From contig JBCCXZ010000002.1 of the NCBI GenBank assembly GCA_039190745.1, forward strand, positions 32,001-96,000: a DNA stretch of 64,000 nucleotides, in the 5' to 3' direction. A program made the position numbers and the translations under genes. This document shows, one piece after another, positions 62,001-64,000 of the stretch. The stretch's first letter is position 1; every line of letters starts with the position of its first letter. This stretch comes from Planctomycetota bacterium (GTDB taxonomy: Bacteria > Planctomycetota > Planctomycetia > Pirellulales > Lacipirellulaceae). The notes below the pieces were generated by a model that ran no database searches, was not told the origin of the DNA, and saw only the letters and a list, made by a program, of their open reading frames with translations.

Positions 62001-62247
62001 ACTGCGAGCCGACGCCTCTGGAGTCGCCGTGAAGTAGTAAGAGGTAGTCTTCTTGTCCGATGTCGACGAGCGGCCCGGTGAGGGGGAGGACCGATTCCAG
62101 GGCGTCCGCGGGGACGAAGAGCCGAGGCACCGGCGGGGCGGTGTTCGAGTGCGACTCTTCTTCCGCATCGGCGCGGCTTACTAAGGGCTCCGCCGTGAGG
62201 CAGGCCAGGACAACTAGACAGCAGGTGGCGGCGCGCGAGTACCTCAA
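56005..62247 (-). CDS. Giant (2080 aa) hypothetical membrane protein
   Basis: Uninterrupted ORF with signal peptide, a mid-protein TM cluster and a C-terminal TM cluster. Confidence 0.85.
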   Translation of the reverse strand: MRYSRAATCCLVVLACLTAEPLVSRADAEEESHSNTAPPVPRLFVPADALESVLPLTGPLVDIGQEDYLLLLHGDSRGVGSQSAVWISSAAHQIEEQPARHRLAGVSRLQLERLPSAKTNSVLRLAPMDVQVESAAWVDRPEEPVALGYWNSAAGGAVFGVAVPRPGVLEITWSASSKPFRQAHRNPSVEYVFSLPLATKAVLDLKLPEGREADLSDAAQRPTDQDQATPQALRYTLAPADAYRLRVTEKRDPARRPACRWSCHSRFSVDRGGIHGEHVVRFRRDEPIDGAIDLSLRGDAVLTAVEQSSDGAQAERMPHGPTSVKLALLAGSPGTIVCRTLSPLVLGRPFELPAIRVSSGEWTEGSTELELDSGLRLIDLQAEDASITAEPRSPAEGGAGRAASATHHSPSARLKVVIHQQRRAFAARSVSRIDLGSIESSGALATELVVESGPIFQIEGVLTTEWEIESVETEPPERLRSWQRRDGRLSVALSEPLTGGDRLVVRADGRLPAAAELASPTARELRLCEWQDDTNRSHALLVDRDLELLPDRGAALDGALLSDESYAESFGAVEAMSLGQQAIELSVLGPDQRVSLGAAPPVFSVESVLQIDCGDEFRYRYRCEATPQRGSLSALVFRFQRPLPEGARFFLESDGERIEAPPTVSEYAEDEAVYTLSIPADLPAPYVLHIECEEVAETHASCNAIRFPRAAMQQSWLAVRAPPGRVSVRPGGAVAAPLPGAEQPEPADTLPLVAAYRLPPRRFWGPRTLPMVLPQEGSAGSSEAGQPSSDDSEHHVVYLADGRAIHEVEFRTNSLAPWSAGYPLPPNASNAWVQASGEARRLLAPSQRTSAIEASLLRGESPGRVRVGFETELLREWGGVTTTPAEAAGVATLGKRRVVAWAPPGYRACLSSTGPDGTSVWSRIAGPFGVVRNQTAGPAGSGRQRPAFPGWTPYRFDLVGGPEPITFYRVAEAFEPSWVLGLAAATGVTVVLRRATRARAVLICIATAAVVLGPPGWLWLAHPLFAGAILGAVCACWVGRAGRASQAAEGVHSSAPAACLFVFALLATAESRSAMAADATPNVDPAPSVVVLPFDRTDYQLGNPLASETAIRLLAEIADPRAESRLGFVIVNAEYRGDAQTGDWRCVWDIDCRNSSGRVELAIRREEAQWSATAQVAGIRQPVQWNAGGDRCQFNLPGLGRYRVELPCRFDHERDGTYGRLSLAVPRAAKAIVRVVGLKPGAHVQCVTTNAFSRADAEGLASLRTGHTDRLDLLLSNPPNATADEQTNSRAALCWLRIGRDRVRLKVFDSTSEAGEGPAFPKLRTPVPYREVPNGSATDTGAVRAFEADRSGGIGRIYQPQIDWGGAPEPDIQWAVTVEPGLAYSLRLRPGAQETDPAAFASAWPSKPSEPDAAFVSRDADRPWRIDVREQPVEFLAEQRVSLNFDRSSVGVDYSAAITAVEGRIALHRLEVHPSFELRAAWAVTDESEEPISLRTTRPSTGRLIVFLPKRVGGPHTIRLEGRAPLEDGLMPLPGVALEGSPPGTYRLSLEHARAVRLDVSEVAVPIELTAAVATAGDEPIPAGDARWSPESVSNPGSVKLSEYGARFQVSTAVQWLEKEASRRLVLDGLVEAADGPVEWITCELPESWLNARIAWDGASKTEPLPRGRTILLRLPEPLTPGGALPFRLSAEAKIDAPSAEDVLVRFPDAAEERAFVRVSPGQVMLKRLASADGSQTPLPPGLLGSDESSHDVLAYRLDAGAPRGKAVSAENLHTIAEIGPTLVEAVVDSTGATLARARVLVASGASEGLELRLPDEASLLRLEVGGVRAPRSADWTTRVRVEVQPPGVPRLVEAWYGLPREASELHAPRWYQDQSLIGDGGFYWRVSPARGRSILLTDPAAIPESLALASEFETDWIASAEQDAARQLLLESEWDAWLRETRAPGWADKSHGPFGAPADQRLSFTTSEPVADLPAKPSAGGASSERVLLLLLLATGAWGHARYRWTDALLAALFLPALLAVTVAALIALPLSTAEALLAAGAVACIAVQLAAAGLPQHRADPANGSATPAPSGAVQGRV

Positions 62248-64000
62248 GCCGACGACCTCGCGCTGACATCGACACCCGAGTGGCTCTGGGCGCTAGTCGG
62301 GTGCGCCCCGGTCCAAGAGTGGGTCGCGGAATCGGCCGTCGCTGCACGCGGAGAGGCGCCGGATGCGTCCTGTGCCAGCGCAGAATAGCGACGCAAGAAC
62401 GTGGCCGCTCCGGCTGCAGACCCTCCTGCAAAAACGCCCAGCGCCAGCGGCAGAGACAGCAGCGGCCACACGGCACAGCAGACGGCCAGTGCCGCCATGG
62501 CGGTCGTCACCAGAGCAACCCGGGAACGCGCTGCGAGGCTGCCCGCCAAGGCAAGGGTCGCAAAGAAACCGAGCGACACAAGCAGGATAACCCAAGCCCG
62601 GTTGAAGACCACAATCGACGTCTCGCCGGGCGGTTCTAGCGAGACCATGACATAGCGGGGGCCGGTCCACGGCGCCGCCTCGGAGTCGGGCCACGCCATC
62701 CATTCACCGATTTCCGCGGCCGTGTCGCGGTTAGCAGCTTGAGATCCAGGGCGTCTCGGCGACGCCATGCTTGCCGCGAACCCTTCAGGGACGCCGGCGA
62801 GCACCTTGCCGGACGGCAGCATCAGTTCCCACACCACCGGGTAGGCTGCATCCACGCCGCTAATCTGCACCGGCGCTAGCCCAGGCGTCCGGCCGTTGAG
62901 TGGCCGCAGCCACCGCACTTCGAGCGTGTGCGTGCGCTCTCCGTCGGCCGCGTCGGTGCGACCCGGTTCACCGGGCAGCGTGACGCGCAACCCCTGGTTC
63001 TCATCCGGTTGCGGTTCGACGCGACGCCCGTCGAGCAGAACTTCGATCGGCAAGCCGACCGTAACGGACGGGAGCGACAGGAGCAGTTCGCTCTCGGCCC
63101 GCAGGCGGAACCGTTGTCGATCTTGCTGAACGCGACCAACCACCCACGACTGCAGCCAAGCCTTCTCGACCGCGACGCTGGAATCGGTCGTTTGTCCCGT
63201 AGGCGAAACCGAAAAGGGGATGGCCCAGGGGTCGCCGCTCGACGAGAAAGACGCTGCCGCCTCGGCAGTGCCGGACGGTGATCGCGACCAAGACGATGCG
63301 TACCGCCCCGCCGCGAGGTTGCACGCGTAACCCTGCGGCGTGCGGATTGTGACCCGCCGGGCCACGCTGTTCGCTTGGGCGGCGCACAGCGGGACGCTCC
63401 AGGCAACCGAGTCGGGTTGGCCGGTCAGGTCGATCGCCCAGCGGTAACGGAGGCCGAACTCCGACAGCCCCTCGAGCGGTTCGTCGAGCCGCAGCCGGAC
63501 CGCTACGGGGTCGCCCCGACCATCGGAGCCGTCTTCTGTTGCGGCATCGGGCGCCGCTACATCGATCGGCCGCCACAGTTCGCCTTCTCTGATCTCAAGA
63601 GCGACACCACGATCGATCAGGGCCTGAGGGACTAGCAGGGCGATTTCTCGCTCCTGCCCATATTGGACGGCGCAGTCGTAGCGCTGCGTGACCGCCGCTG
63701 CGCCGTTCTCGATGTCGATGCTTGTCTGCAGATCAATGTCCAACCGCACCGGTCGTTGGCTCACTCGGGTTGCGAAGGCAACCTCTCTAGAGAAGGTCCT
63801 GTAGTAGAACGCACCATTGGCAAGCCCGCCTTCGTCGCGGTCGATCTTTGCCAGGCTCGAAAGGCCCACCATGCCCTGGGAGACAGGGCTGAGCGCCAAC
63901 GCGGGATCGGCGTCAACCGTCATCGATCCTGGCAGGGTGCTCCCGCCGACTGGCTCGGGCAGGGGCAGGGAAAACTGCCGCCGGTCTCCCTGCGTATCGC
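62244..64000 (-). CDS. Large hypothetical membrane protein (3' part; start lies beyond the window end)
   Basis: Frame is open from 63923 to the window end; beta-rich domain then about 3 C-terminal TM helices; 4-nt overlap with the 2080-aa gene. Confidence 0.85.
   Translation of the reverse strand, partial: DTQGDRRQFSLPLPEPVGGSTLPGSMTVDADPALALSPVSQGMVGLSSLAKIDRDEGGLANGAFYYRTFSREVAFATRVSQRPVRLDIDLQTSIDIENGAAAVTQRYDCAVQYGQEREIALLVPQALIDRGVALEIREGELWRPIDVAAPDAATEDGSDGRGDPVAVRLRLDEPLEGLSEFGLRYRWAIDLTGQPDSVAWSVPLCAAQANSVARRVTIRTPQGYACNLAAGRYASSWSRSPSGTAEAAASFSSSGDPWAIPFSVSPTGQTTDSSVAVEKAWLQSWVVGRVQQDRQRFRLRAESELLLSLPSVTVGLPIEVLLDGRRVEPQPDENQGLRVTLPGEPGRTDAADGERTHTLEVRWLRPLNGRTPGLAPVQISGVDAAYPVVWELMLPSGKVLAGVPEGFAASMASPRRPGSQAANRDTAAEIGEWMAWPDSEAAPWTGPRYVMVSLEPPGETSIVVFNRAWVILLVSLGFFATLALAGSLAARSRVALVTTAMAALAVCCAVWPLLSLPLALGVFAGGSAAGAATFLRRYSALAQDASGASPRAATADSATHSWTGAHPTSAQSHSGVDVSARSSA

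Overview
GC-rich bacterial chromosome segment that looks like a planctomycete, probably Pirellulales/Lacipirellulaceae-like. This is an inference from the DUF1549/1553-type plus DUF1501-type gene pair, PEP-CTERM proteins (one with a degenerate dockerin-like motif), an HYExAFE protein and many lineage-type hypothetical genes. Most of the window is core genome: rpmA-obgE-coaX-mnmE-like, fba, metG, hisI, tpx, cutA, tRNA-Leu(GAG), an nfeD-nfeD-floA operon, a radical SAM gene, a DegT aminotransferase, a cation/H+ antiporter and a GH16 glucanase. I see no transposase, integrase, prophage or CRISPR array. The most unusual elements are: (1) two tandem small secreted Tyr/Arg/Gly/Pro-rich peptides with a shared SADA|GY cleavage site and a C-terminal aromatic beta-signal-like end, each behind a sigma54-type promoter and a TAA-N19-TTA/IHF-like box; (2) an operon with a near-consensus promoter encoding a membrane-anchored coiled-coil protein plus two paralogous VYTML microproteins; (3) giant modular ectodomain+TM proteins; (4) an acidic, disordered, membrane-anchored protein resembling polar landmark proteins; (5) a probable ATC-initiated gene; (6) two REP doublet families and a heptamer-periodic inverted repeat. 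All family names come from motif recognition only; no database searches were run.
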